A DNA stretch of 64,000 nucleotides from Candidatus Multivorans sp. (lineage in GTDB: Bacteria; Acidobacteriota; Thermoanaerobaculia; Multivoradales; Multivoraceae): assembly GCA_965247095.1 (NCBI GenBank), contig OZ251997.1, forward strand, positions 1,248,001-1,312,000, given 5' to 3'. Positions 38,264 through 47,523 of the stretch are shown piece after piece. Each line of letters begins with the position of its first letter. Within the stretch, counting starts at the first letter, position 1. The notes below the pieces were generated by a model, which did no database searches, was not told the DNA's origin, and saw nothing but the letters and a program-made list of their open reading frames with translations. A program made the translations under genes and the position numbers.

Positions 38264-39745
38264 CAGCCCGTGGTGGAAGTCGGTTCGGCGCGGTTGCGAT
38301 AGAATGCAGTCATGGCTATGGGCAAGACGGATCGTAGTGGTAGTCAGGAGCCGCTTTGGGTGGCGGGAGCGGATCTTCCTCGCAGCGCTGGTCACCCGTT
38401 CTATGAGCGGTTGAACGGCATTCTGGAAGCCGGCGGTTTCGACGAGTTGGTGGAGTCGGAGTGCGCGCAGTTCTATGCGGAGCGGATGGGCCGTCCGAGT
38501 CTTTGTCCGGGCCGGTACTTTCGTCTGCTGCTGGTGGGTTACTTCGAGGGTCTGGACTCGGAGCGCGGGATCGCGTGGCGTGCTCAGGACTCTCTGAGCA
38601 TTCGTCGGTTCCTGGGGTTGGGCGTGACCGAGTCGGCGCCGGATCATTCGACCATTTCGCGTACGCGTCGGCTGGTCGACGTGGAGACTCACAGCAGAGT
38701 GTTCTCGTGGGTGCTTGGTCGTCTGGCGGAGTCGGGTCTGGTGTCGGGCAAGACGGTGGGCGTGGACGCGACGACTCTGGAGGCGAACGCGGCGTTGCGG
38801 AGCATCGTGCGTCTTGACAGTGGGGAGGACTACGACGAGTTCGTGCGGGGTTTGGCGGAGGCGTCGGGTGTGGAGACGCCGACGCGGACCGAGTTGGTCC
38901 GTTTCGACCGCAAGCGCAAGAAGAAGCTGTCGAACGCGGAGTGGGAGAATCCGCACGACCCGGAGGCGGAGATCACGAAGATGAAGGACGGCCGCACGCA
39001 CTTCGCGTACAAGGCGGAGCAGGCGGTGGACCTCGAATCCGGGACGATCCTGGGAGTGACGGTTCAGGGCGGATCGAAGGGGGACACGGAGTCGTTCGGC
39101 GAGACGCTGGAGGAGACCTTCGAGCAGGTGGAATCGGCGACCGGGGACGATGCCGCGATCCAGGAGATCGTTGCCGACAAGGGCTACCACAGCAACGCTG
39201 TTCTCGCCTCCATCGACGAGTTGGGCCTTCGCAGCTACATCGCGGAGCCGGACCGTGGTCGTCGTCGTTGGAAGGGCAAGAAGGACCTGCAGGCCATCGT
39301 GTACGCGAACCGTCGGCGGATCCGGGGGAATCGGGGCAAGCGGATGCAGCGCCAGCGAGGGGAACGGCTTGAACGGCCTTTCGCTCACCAGTACGAGACC
39401 GGCGGCATGCGGCGGCTGCACCTGCGCGGTCGCTCGAACGTCCTCAAGCGCGTCTACATTCATGCCTGCGGCTGCAACCTCGGGCTCCTGATGCGCGAGC
39501 TTGTGGGAGTCGGCACGCCGCGGAGCCTCCAGGGCCGCGCTTCGGCAGCCCGCAACGCCCTCGCCGGTCAACATGGAGGGGTCTGGCCGCGACTCGTCGC
39601 GCTATACCGGCGGATCTTCCTGAGCCGGCCCGCAAACCCGATCCACTCGCTATCCAACATCTACCGCCGCGGCTGGTCCCCTCCAGAACCACACGTCTGA
39701 CTGGTCCGCCTCCTCGGGCCACGAAGCCACTTCTGCCACGGGCTG
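38264..39745 (+). mobile_element. IS1182/IS5-like insertion sequence (1482 bp) with CTAG target duplication
   Basis: IRs CAGCCCGTGGTGGAAGT / CAGCCCGTGGCAGAAGT; CTAG at 38260 and 39746. Confidence 0.92.
38312..39700 (+). CDS. DDE transposase (DUF772 N-terminus, IS1182/IS5-like)
   Basis: GRPS, PDHSTISRTR, GVDATTLEANA, VADKGYHS, ERPFAH. Confidence 0.9.
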   Translation: MAMGKTDRSGSQEPLWVAGADLPRSAGHPFYERLNGILEAGGFDELVESECAQFYAERMGRPSLCPGRYFRLLLVGYFEGLDSERGIAWRAQDSLSIRRFLGLGVTESAPDHSTISRTRRLVDVETHSRVFSWVLGRLAESGLVSGKTVGVDATTLEANAALRSIVRLDSGEDYDEFVRGLAEASGVETPTRTELVRFDRKRKKKLSNAEWENPHDPEAEITKMKDGRTHFAYKAEQAVDLESGTILGVTVQGGSKGDTESFGETLEETFEQVESATGDDAAIQEIVADKGYHSNAVLASIDELGLRSYIAEPDRGRRRWKGKKDLQAIVYANRRRIRGNRGKRMQRQRGERLERPFAHQYETGGMRRLHLRGRSNVLKRVYIHACGCNLGLLMRELVGVGTPRSLQGRASAARNALAGQHGGVWPRLVALYRRIFLSRPANPIHSLSNIYRRGWSPPEPHV

Positions 39746-40809
39746 CTAGGGCACAATCTCGGGTCCGGTCACGAGGCCCCTTACGACACCTGCTGCGGCA
39801 CAGCCGGTCAAACTCCGAACTTCGGCACGTCGCTGCCGGCCTACGCCTGCGGCCACACCGACCTCACGGCAAGCCCGCAGCCTGTCCACACGATCATGAG
39901 TTACGGCCGAGTCCCTTCGGGCAGCCCGTACTCCAGGCAGGTGCCGTACTTTTCCTCCCCTGAGTTGTACAAGCCGAATGACTGGACACTAGGCGTCATC
40001 GGCGAGGCGGACAATGTACTGGCCTTCCAGGAAACGACTCTGCCACGTGCGGTCCGACTGAGTGACATTGCAGTACCGCACCCTCCGGGCCCTACCGGCT
40101 TAAGTGGGCACTGGACGGATCGGGGCAGTGTAGAACTGACGTGGGATGCGGCCAACGTCGTTAGGGTAGGAATTCGACTTGATGATGACTATTGGGATTC
40201 AGCTTGCTGCCCCGGAGCCGAAGGTTCCGGCGTGCGTGCTGTTTGGGGTGCGAGAATGGACGGCTGGATCGAGGATCCCTCCTCCCTTGAGAGGGTTGGA
40301 GTCCACCTCTCCGGATTGAGACCAGGCGGCCGGTACTCCTTCTTCGCTTGGAGCGGTTATCCCTACAGCGTGATGAGTGACGTGCTGGTGTTGGAGCCGC
40401 CAGAGGGCGGCCGGCATGGGTTTAGAAGCGCCGAGCAATGTTGCCGCGCAGGAAACGGGATCGGACAGCGTACGCCTGACCTGGGCCGACAACTCGGAAA
40501 GTGAGGACGGGTTTGAAGTCTGGTACCGCAAGTGGACCCCCGGAGATCCTCATTGGAACGACGCGGACCTGCGCTGGCGTCGCTACGGTGAACCACTGCC
40601 GGCACGTACCCGGTACGTAGATGTCGAAGGGCTGGCAGCGGAGGAGGAGATCCAGGTCACGGACAGCTACGAGAGAGCGCAGCGCGGGCGTTACTCGTTC
40701 GTGGTCGTCGCTTACAACGACATAGGGTTCAGCGCCAGCGAGACGTTCGACCTGGAGTTCATGCCCGGGCCCTATCCCGAGCCAAGGGCATCCGGAGAGA
40801 TCACGGACT

Positions 40810-41690
40810 GCGGCGTTCAGAGCCGCCCGACGGGAGTCGACCTGGACGGCTACCAAGTCTATGCCTGTGTGGAGACGCCGGACGGAGCTCGCCGTAGGGC
40901 TTGGGACTACCGCCTGGAGGCGGACCAGTCCCCGCTGCTCTACTTCTTCGACCGGGACAACGCGGAGGTCCTGATCAAGGTGCTGGACGGCTGCGCGATC
41001 AACGGCCATCGGTGGGTGTTCGTGGCCCCGGTGACGACCCTGGCGTTCCGGCTCCAGATCCGGGAACTCGGCCCCTACCTCGCGAACCGGAGACAGGTCT
41101 GGCACTACGACTCGGAACGTCGGCCGCAGGACAGGATTCGCCACCAAGCCGTCGGCAACCCGAAGGACAGAACGGCGCGCACGGTGAGCGACACGACGGC
41201 CTTTCCGTGCACCGCGGCGGAGATTGCGGCTGCCAGGGCGGAGTCCTCAGGTTCTGGAGACGATGCAGGACTCCTGTCACGCGGCGCGAACTCGCTGCCT
41301 GCGCTGTCGGCTGCCGCGGCGACGCCTCTCGCCGCGGGAGCGCGCACGGACTGCGCCCCCGGCGGGCCGGCGCTGACGCTGCGCGGCGGCTACACGGTGA
41401 GCATGTGCTACGAGACGTACAAATGCGAGGTCGGCGACGCGCGCGACTGGGGGCTCGATTCGAGTCAGTCGGGGCTCCTATACTTCTTCAAGCCGAACAA
41501 CGTGGAGGTGCTGATCAAGGTGCTGGACGGCTGCGGCGTCAACCGCCATCGCTGGGTGTTCGTGGCGCCCGTCACCGATCTGGCATTCAACTTGGTCGTG
41601 GAAAGCCCCGACGGCCAGCGCTGGACGCACACGAACCGTCTCGGCGTAACGGCGGACACCATGGCCGACACGTCCGCGTTCCCCTGCGCC
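40810..41690 (+). repeat. Two intragenic copies of an uncharacterised Cys-containing domain (LLYFFxxxNxEVLIKVLDGCxxNxHRWVFVAPVTxLAF...DTxAFPC)
   Basis: Cores at about 40935-41050 and 41475-41590, similar at both protein and DNA level. Confidence 0.85.
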
Positions 41691-41735
41691 TCGGTGGCGG
41701 CCTCCGGACCCTGACCACAGGGGGGGGAGAGACGC

Positions 41736-42490
41736 CTAGCGCTCGAACCCGCCGCCGCGGCTGAACCCCGGGTGGGCGCTGGGCCAGGGATCGCGCACGG
41801 GCCGCGGCCAGACGGTAGAGCCGGCGTAGCTGCTCCTCGAGGTGGACCAGTTCGCCCCGGTAGTAGTCCACGGCGCTCCTGAACGCCTCCTGCAGGCGAC
41901 CGGCGCGCTCGACGCGAGGGTGCGGCCGGCTGGTGCGTCGGGCCGCCCAGGCCGCCGGCCCCAGGTGGATGCCCGGCGCGCGGTCCAGCTTGGCGGCCGC
42001 CTCGAGGTCGCCGCGGCCAAGCGCCGCCTCGTACTGCTCGACCAGGGAACGGTGGTCGATCCTCTCCGGCCGGCCGGCCGGCGCGATCGAGGGCGACGTT
42101 CGTGAGGCCGCACCACTCCTCCCGCCACTGCTTGAGCAGCGCCCGGTCGTTCCAGGCGCGCTCCTTGCCGGCGAATCCGTCAGGACCGATCGCCCTGGTC
42201 GTCAGCAGGATGTGAGCGTGCGGGTTGTGGGTGTCGCCACCGTGGTAGGCGACATCGGCGATCATGCCGGCGGCAACGAACTCGTCGTGGCAGCAGCCGC
42301 GGACCAGCTCGCGGCGCTGCTGGGGCGTCAGTTCGACCGGCAGCGCGACCACGACCTCGCGGGCGACCTAGGCGTCCTTGCGCCGCTCGGCCGCCTCGAC
42401 CTGGTTCCAGAGGCGGGCGCGGTCATGCACCCAGGCCGGCGCATCCTGCGAAGCCAGGATCTCCGCGCCGTCCACGCCGCCGCGGCGCTG
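41736..42490 (-). pseudogene. MobA/MobL (MOBQ) relaxase relic
   Basis: RRGGVDGAEILA...LWNQVEAAERRKDA*VAREVVVALP...HNPHAHILLTTR...RIDHRS; TAG at 42368-42370; an extra CCGG unit in 42066-42081 shifts the frame; 5' end missing. Confidence 0.85.
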
Positions 42491-42669
42491 GACCTGGCGC
42501 TCGAGACGGACCTGCCGATCGAGGCTCCCCTCGAGGTCGCGCACGCCTTCGGACTCCTCGACTGCGACCCGGACTCGGCCGAGGCGCTGGACGTCGCCGG
42601 CCGGCCGTGGCTCGTCCTGGCGTCAGGTTCCGACGCTCGGGGTAGCATCGAAGGCATGAAGGGCCGGCG

Positions 42670-42914
42670 ATGAGCACGACAGACACGCTCCGTACGGCGG
42701 AGACGTTGACGGAGGCCGGCGTGCCGGACCGGCAGGCCGCCGCCCATGCGCAGCGATCGAGGATGCGGCGACGGAGGCGGTAGGCGACTTGGTGACGCGC
42801 GAGGACCTGCGTTCCGCCCTAGCGGAGCTTCGCGCTGACCTGTACCGCATGATGCTGATTCAGGCCGGCGTGATCATCGGCACAGTGGTCGCCCTGTTGC
42901 GGCTGATCCCCTAA
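42670..42914 (+). pseudogene. DUF1640/CCDC90-like coiled-coil membrane protein, frameshifted
   Basis: MSTTDTLRTAETLTEAGVPDRQAAAHAQ; adding one G at 42753 gives AIEDAA...LVTREDL...QAGVIIGTVVALLRLIP*. Confidence 0.7.
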
Positions 42915-42979
42915 AGCGCGGCCGGGGAGACAGCGGTCCCCGCTTTCGGTTTCCGCCGCGGTGAGGCGGCCCACGCTTT

Positions 42980-44506
42980 CTACAGGCCGATCAGTCCGCC
43001 GGCGACGTAGACCCAGAACACGATCAGGACCAGGCCGATCGCGTTGAGCCACAGGCCGGCGCGGACCATCTGGGGGATGGTGATCTCCCCGGAGCCGAAC
43101 ACGATCGCGTTCGGCGGCGTGGCCACCGGCATCATGAAGGCGCAGCTCGCCGCCAGCGTGGCCGGCACGATCAGGAGCAGCGGATCCACGTTGATCGCCG
43201 CCGCCGTGGCGCCCAGGATCGGCAGGAAGGTCGCGGTCGTCGCCGTATTGCTGGTGACCTCCGTCAGCATGATGAGCAGGGTGGCGGCGCCGACGACCAG
43301 AACCAGCACCGGCATGCCCTCCAGCACCAGCAGGAGGCTTCCGATGAAGCGGTCCACGCCGGTACTGACGACCGCGGCCGCGAGGCTGAGCCCGCCCCCG
43401 AACAGCAGCAGGATCCCCCATGGCGCCTCGAGCGCCTTCTTCCAACTCAGCAGAAAGACACCCCGCCGGAAATGGACGGGCATCGCGAACAGCAACAGGC
43501 CGGCGCCGATCGCGATGCCCGGGTCGGTCAGTCCGGCCAACGGCATGGCGCCGCCGATCTCGATCTCGGCGAGCCAGGTGCGAGTGGTCCACAGGACGGC
43601 CGCCGAAACGAAGATCGCGAGCACCGCTTTCTCCGGTCCGCTGATCGGCCCCAGCTTCCGCAGCTCGCCGCGGATGAGTTCCGCACCGCCGGGCACTTCC
43701 CGGATTTGCAGCGGGTAGACGAACCGGGTGAGCACCAGCCAGGCCAGCGGCAGGAAGGACAGGGTGAGCAGGAGACCGAACGGCATCCACTGCGCAAACG
43801 TGATCTCCCGGCCGTAGGTGTCCTCCACGAACGACATCATCTGGATGTTGGGAGGGGTGCCGATCTTGGTCGCGACGCCTCCGATCGAGGCGCCGTACGC
43901 CGTCCCGAGCAGCAGATTCAGCGCGAAGGGGAACGGCTTCCCCACCGGCGCCACCTCCGGGCCGAGTCTCTGGCGGACCAGATCGATCACCGACAGGGCG
44001 ATCGGCAGCATCATGACCGTGGTGGCCGTGTTGGAGATCCACATGCTCAGGAAGGCGCTTGCGGCCATGAAGCCGAGCACCAGGCGATCCGGCCGGCTGC
44101 CGACACGAAGGATGATGTGGAGCGCCATACGGCGGTGCAGACCCCAGGTCTGCATCGAAAGGGCGATCATGAAACCGCCCAGGAAGAGAAAGATGTTCGG
44201 ATTCGCGTAGGGCGCCGCGACCCGTGCGATGCCGAGGTCCCCGCCCGTCAAGAGCGGGATCGCGACCAGCGGCAGCAGCGAGGTGACGGCCACGGGCAGG
44301 GCCTCGGTGAGCCACAACACGCCCATGAGGACCCCGGTCGCCGCCACCGCACGGCCCCCGTCGGAAAGCCCGGAGACGACCTCGCCGTTGGCATCGACAA
44401 CCGCCTCAGGGATCAGGAAGTAGGCCAGCGCCGCCAGGATCGGCGCGCCGACCAAGCCGGCCGCAACAGAAGCCCAGGGACCCCGATCGCGGCTGTGCTC
44501 AGCCAT
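42980..44506 (-). CDS. DASS/SLC13 Na+:dicarboxylate or sulfate symporter
   Basis: SMWISNTAT, IGTPPN, EVTSNTAT, FMMPVATPPNA. Confidence 0.92.
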   Translation of the reverse strand: MAEHSRDRGPWASVAAGLVGAPILAALAYFLIPEAVVDANGEVVSGLSDGGRAVAATGVLMGVLWLTEALPVAVTSLLPLVAIPLLTGGDLGIARVAAPYANPNIFLFLGGFMIALSMQTWGLHRRMALHIILRVGSRPDRLVLGFMAASAFLSMWISNTATTVMMLPIALSVIDLVRQRLGPEVAPVGKPFPFALNLLLGTAYGASIGGVATKIGTPPNIQMMSFVEDTYGREITFAQWMPFGLLLTLSFLPLAWLVLTRFVYPLQIREVPGGAELIRGELRKLGPISGPEKAVLAIFVSAAVLWTTRTWLAEIEIGGAMPLAGLTDPGIAIGAGLLLFAMPVHFRRGVFLLSWKKALEAPWGILLLFGGGLSLAAAVVSTGVDRFIGSLLLVLEGMPVLVLVVGAATLLIMLTEVTSNTATTATFLPILGATAAAINVDPLLLIVPATLAASCAFMMPVATPPNAIVFGSGEITIPQMVRAGLWLNAIGLVLIVFWVYVAGGLIGL

Positions 44507-46208
44507 TCCCTGCGCCGCGGCCCTTGCGGACGTGGCGGCGGAAGTAGGACCTCGTCAAGCCGGTGACGACACCCGACAGCAGCAGCAGTGAAATCAGGTT
44601 CGGGAACGACATCAGCCCCAGGGCGACATCGCCGAAGGTCCAGACGGTCGAGAGCGGCAGCAGGCAGCCCAGGAAGAAGAAGCCGACATAGACCCAGCGG
44701 TACACAGGAATGGCTCTGGCGCCGAACAGGTACTCGGTCGAACGGTCGCCGTAGTACGACCACGAGATCGCCGTCGACACAGCGAACAGCAGCACAGACA
44801 GCGTGACGATCAGATCGCCCCGGCTTCCCGGCAGACCGAGACTGAAAGCCCGCGCCGTCAGTGGCGCTCCGGTCAGAAGCGCTCCGCCCTCGATCCTCGG
44901 CGGCTCGCCCCCGGCGCGGAGCGTTCCGTCGCCGGCGATCTCCAATCTTCCGCTCCAGGCAGCGCCCGTGCCGTCCACCAGGCGCGGCTCGGCGATCATC
45001 GAGTTCAGCACCACGAAGGAGCCGGCGGCTATCCCGTCCTGGACATCGACCGCGCCACCGCCGCGCGTCGTCCGCTCGTCCCGCGCCGAGAGCAACTCGG
45101 AGTCGTCGTCGAGCACGCGGTGGATGCCCTCGACCTCGTCGAGCCCAAAAGCCTGCGGCGTGTGGTCGCGCCACGCGTCCGTGCTGACGATGACGAGCCC
45201 CGTCATCGTGCAGATGACCAGGGTGTCGATGAACGGCTCGAGCGAGGCGACCAGCCCCTCGCGCACCGGCTCGTCGGTCCGGGCCGCCGCGTGGGCGATG
45301 GGTGCGCTGCCCTGCCCCGCCTCGTTGCTGAACAGACCGCGGCGGATGCCCCACATCATGGTCATCAGGAAGGAGCCGGCAGCGCCGCCGACCATGGAGG
45401 TGGGCCGGAACGCCTGCTCGACGATCAGGGCCAGGCTCGCAGGCACAATCTCGATGTTCAGGAGCAGGATGACCAGGGCGCCGCCGACGTAGATCACCGC
45501 CATGCCCGGCGCGAGGATCGAGGTCACCCTGCCGATGCGGCGGATACCGCCGACAATGACCACCGCCACCAGGGACGCGAAGACGAGACCGGTCCACACC
45601 GGCGCCAGACCGAACTGGGACTCGAGTTGATCGGCCATCGTGTTCGCCTGGTTCATGTTGCCGGTGCCGAAGGAGCACATCACCGCCAGACCGGCGAACA
45701 GCATCGCCATCCACTTCCAGTTCGCGCCGAGGCCCTTCTCGATGTAGTACATCGGACCGCCGGAGACCGAGCCGTCCGCATGCACCCGCCGGTAGGCGAC
45801 CGCCAGGGTGCACTCGGCGAACTTGAGCGCCATACCGAAGAACGCGGTCACCCACATCCAGAACAGGGCGCCGGGCCCCCCCATGCGGATCGCGATGGCA
45901 ACGCCGGCAATGTTCCCGATGCCGACCGTCGCCGAGAGCGCCGTCGTCAGGGCCTGGAAGTGAACCAGGTCGCCCTCGTCCTCCGGATCGTCGTACTTGC
46001 CACGCAGGATCGCCCAGGCGTGGCGAAAGCCGCGCAACTGGATCAGGCCCAGGCGCACGGTGACGAAGAGACCCGTACCCAGGAGCACCAGCGCCAGGAT
46101 CGGCGCCTGGGGCGGCGTGTTCCAGACCAGCCCCTCGAGCCAGCCGGCTACCGGTCCAAGAAGCCCGTTGATCCCGTCTGCTACCTTCCCAAACAGCTCC
46201 TCGGGCAT
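44499..46208 (-). CDS. AGCS-family Na+:alanine/glycine symporter
   Basis: ATVGIGNIAGVA, GGPGALFWMW, GGPMYY, RGLFSNEAGQGSA, FIDTLVICTMT. Confidence 0.93.
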   Translation of the reverse strand: MPEELFGKVADGINGLLGPVAGWLEGLVWNTPPQAPILALVLLGTGLFVTVRLGLIQLRGFRHAWAILRGKYDDPEDEGDLVHFQALTTALSATVGIGNIAGVAIAIRMGGPGALFWMWVTAFFGMALKFAECTLAVAYRRVHADGSVSGGPMYYIEKGLGANWKWMAMLFAGLAVMCSFGTGNMNQANTMADQLESQFGLAPVWTGLVFASLVAVVIVGGIRRIGRVTSILAPGMAVIYVGGALVILLLNIEIVPASLALIVEQAFRPTSMVGGAAGSFLMTMMWGIRRGLFSNEAGQGSAPIAHAAARTDEPVREGLVASLEPFIDTLVICTMTGLVIVSTDAWRDHTPQAFGLDEVEGIHRVLDDDSELLSARDERTTRGGGAVDVQDGIAAGSFVVLNSMIAEPRLVDGTGAAWSGRLEIAGDGTLRAGGEPPRIEGGALLTGAPLTARAFSLGLPGSRGDLIVTLSVLLFAVSTAISWSYYGDRSTEYLFGARAIPVYRWVYVGFFFLGCLLPLSTVWTFGDVALGLMSFPNLISLLLLSGVVTGLTRSYFRRHVRKGRGAGNG

Positions 46209-46224
46209 CGAGCGTCAGCCTCCC

Positions 46225-47379
46225 CTAGCGATAGTTGGCCGGATGGCCGGTAGCGAAGACCACCACGGACTCGCCGGAACGGATGGTACCGGAGTCGCTG
46301 AGACGGGAAAGTGCCGCCATCGCCGCCGCGGTCTCGGGGCCGACCAGGAGCCCTTCCTCCGCCGCCACCCGGGCCGCCGTCGCCGCGACCTCGGCCTCCT
46401 CCACCGCCACCGCGGCGCCGCCGCTGTCCCGCAGCGCCCGCAGGATGAGGAAGTCGCCGATCGCCCTGGGCACCCGCAACCCCCATACCTCGGTGTCCGG
46501 TTCCTGCCAGGGGTCGGCGTGGTCACTGCCGGCCTCGTGGGCGCGCACGATCGGCGCGCACCCGGCCATCTGGACGACGGCGAATTTCGCCGGCGGACCG
46601 CTCAAGAGGCCGAGCCTGCGTAGCTCAGAGAACGCCTTCGCCATGCCCACGATGCCGGTGCCGCCGCCGGTGGGATAGATGATCCAGTCCGGCAGCCGCC
46701 AGCCGAACTGCTCGGCGACCTCGAAGCCCATCGTCTTCTTGCCTTCCGCACGGTACGGCTCGCGGAGGGTCGAAAGATCCCAGAAGTCGCCGCCCCGCTC
46801 CAGGAGCGCCGCGCCGGCGTCGACCAATGTCCCGCCGGCCTCGATGACCTCGGCGCCGAAGCCACGGCAACGCTCACGCACCGTTGCCGGCGTGTCCTCG
46901 GGCAAAGCCACGCGGCAGGGCAGCCCCGCGGCGGCGGCGTAGGCCGCGGCCGCCATCGCCGCGTTGCCGGCGCTCGGAAGCTGCACACCGGGGGCGCCGA
47001 GTTCCCGCGCCCGGTTCACCGCCAGCGACAGTCCCCGATCCTTGAAGGAACCGGTGGGATTGCCCGCCTCGTTCTTCAGGAAAACCCGCACTCCGTCGGG
47101 CGCCAGGCGACGAAGTCGGAGCACCGGCGTGCCGCCCTCGCCGAGATCGACCCGGCGGTGGAAGTCGACAACCGGCAGCAACTCGCGGTACCGCCACAGC
47201 GTCCACGGCCGGCTGTTCAGAGCTCCGGCGAACGTCCTGCCCCGGTTCCGGTCGAGTTCGTAGGCGACCAGCCAAGGCTTGCCAGCGGGCGACAGAAACG
47301 CCGGTTCGTCAAGCGGCCTCTGAACCCCGGTCGCGGAGCAGACGAGACCGCTGGCCCACGTGTTTCCGTTCGCCCGCAT
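46225..47379 (-). CDS. thrC: Threonine synthase (PLP, fold II)
   Basis: LGEGGTP, NPTGSFKDRG, PSAGNA, EGKKTMG, YPTGGGTG. Confidence 0.8.
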   Translation of the reverse strand: MRANGNTWASGLVCSATGVQRPLDEPAFLSPAGKPWLVAYELDRNRGRTFAGALNSRPWTLWRYRELLPVVDFHRRVDLGEGGTPVLRLRRLAPDGVRVFLKNEAGNPTGSFKDRGLSLAVNRARELGAPGVQLPSAGNAAMAAAAYAAAAGLPCRVALPEDTPATVRERCRGFGAEVIEAGGTLVDAGAALLERGGDFWDLSTLREPYRAEGKKTMGFEVAEQFGWRLPDWIIYPTGGGTGIVGMAKAFSELRRLGLLSGPPAKFAVVQMAGCAPIVRAHEAGSDHADPWQEPDTEVWGLRVPRAIGDFLILRALRDSGGAAVAVEEAEVAATAARVAAEEGLLVGPETAAAMAALSRLSDSGTIRSGESVVVFATGHPANYR

Positions 47380-47453
47380 CAGTCCTTTCCCGCTGCGGGA
47401 GGATAGCAGCAGTTCCCGCCGCCGGACCCTCAAGAAAGACACAACACACTGAG

Positions 47454-47486
47454 AAACAACAACTTAGACGCAAAACGTGCTATCAT
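47454..47486 (+). promoter_or_regulatory. Putative IHF site and extended -10 promoter of the kinase-like gene
   Basis: AAACAACAACTTA (1 mismatch to WATCAANNNNTTR) then TGcTATCAT, within an A-rich divergent intergenic region. Confidence 0.4.
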
Positions 47487-47523
47487 CAGCTTCTACCGTC
47501 GATCAACTTCTTCGCATCAGTCT

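Larger units (their letters stand above)
36105..41714 (+). pseudogene. Reprolysin/M12B-like metzincin protease + FN3-like domains + two C-terminal repeats; 5'-truncated, split by two IS, one frameshift
   Basis: Removing both IS plus one target copy each restores the frame: ...FTVQD|GHLVGW...YVFAHDL|GHNLGSGHE...TIMSY...PYFSSP; +1 shift near the GGG at 40405 into APSNVAA...VRLTWADNS. Confidence 0.85.

Noticed and set aside
36997-38337. 446-aa ORF as a gene
   Set aside because: It is a chimera of antisense IS4 sequence and the middle fragment of the interrupted protease.
42368-42370. TAG readthrough or recoding in the relaxase
   Set aside because: The same relic also has frameshifts and a truncation, and TAG is a normal stop elsewhere in the window.
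34766-42914. Programmed frameshifting at the 1-bp indels (mazF, protease, DUF1640)
   Set aside because: No slippery heptamers are evident. The indels are confined to the decayed island, so they are better explained by pseudogenisation or consensus error.
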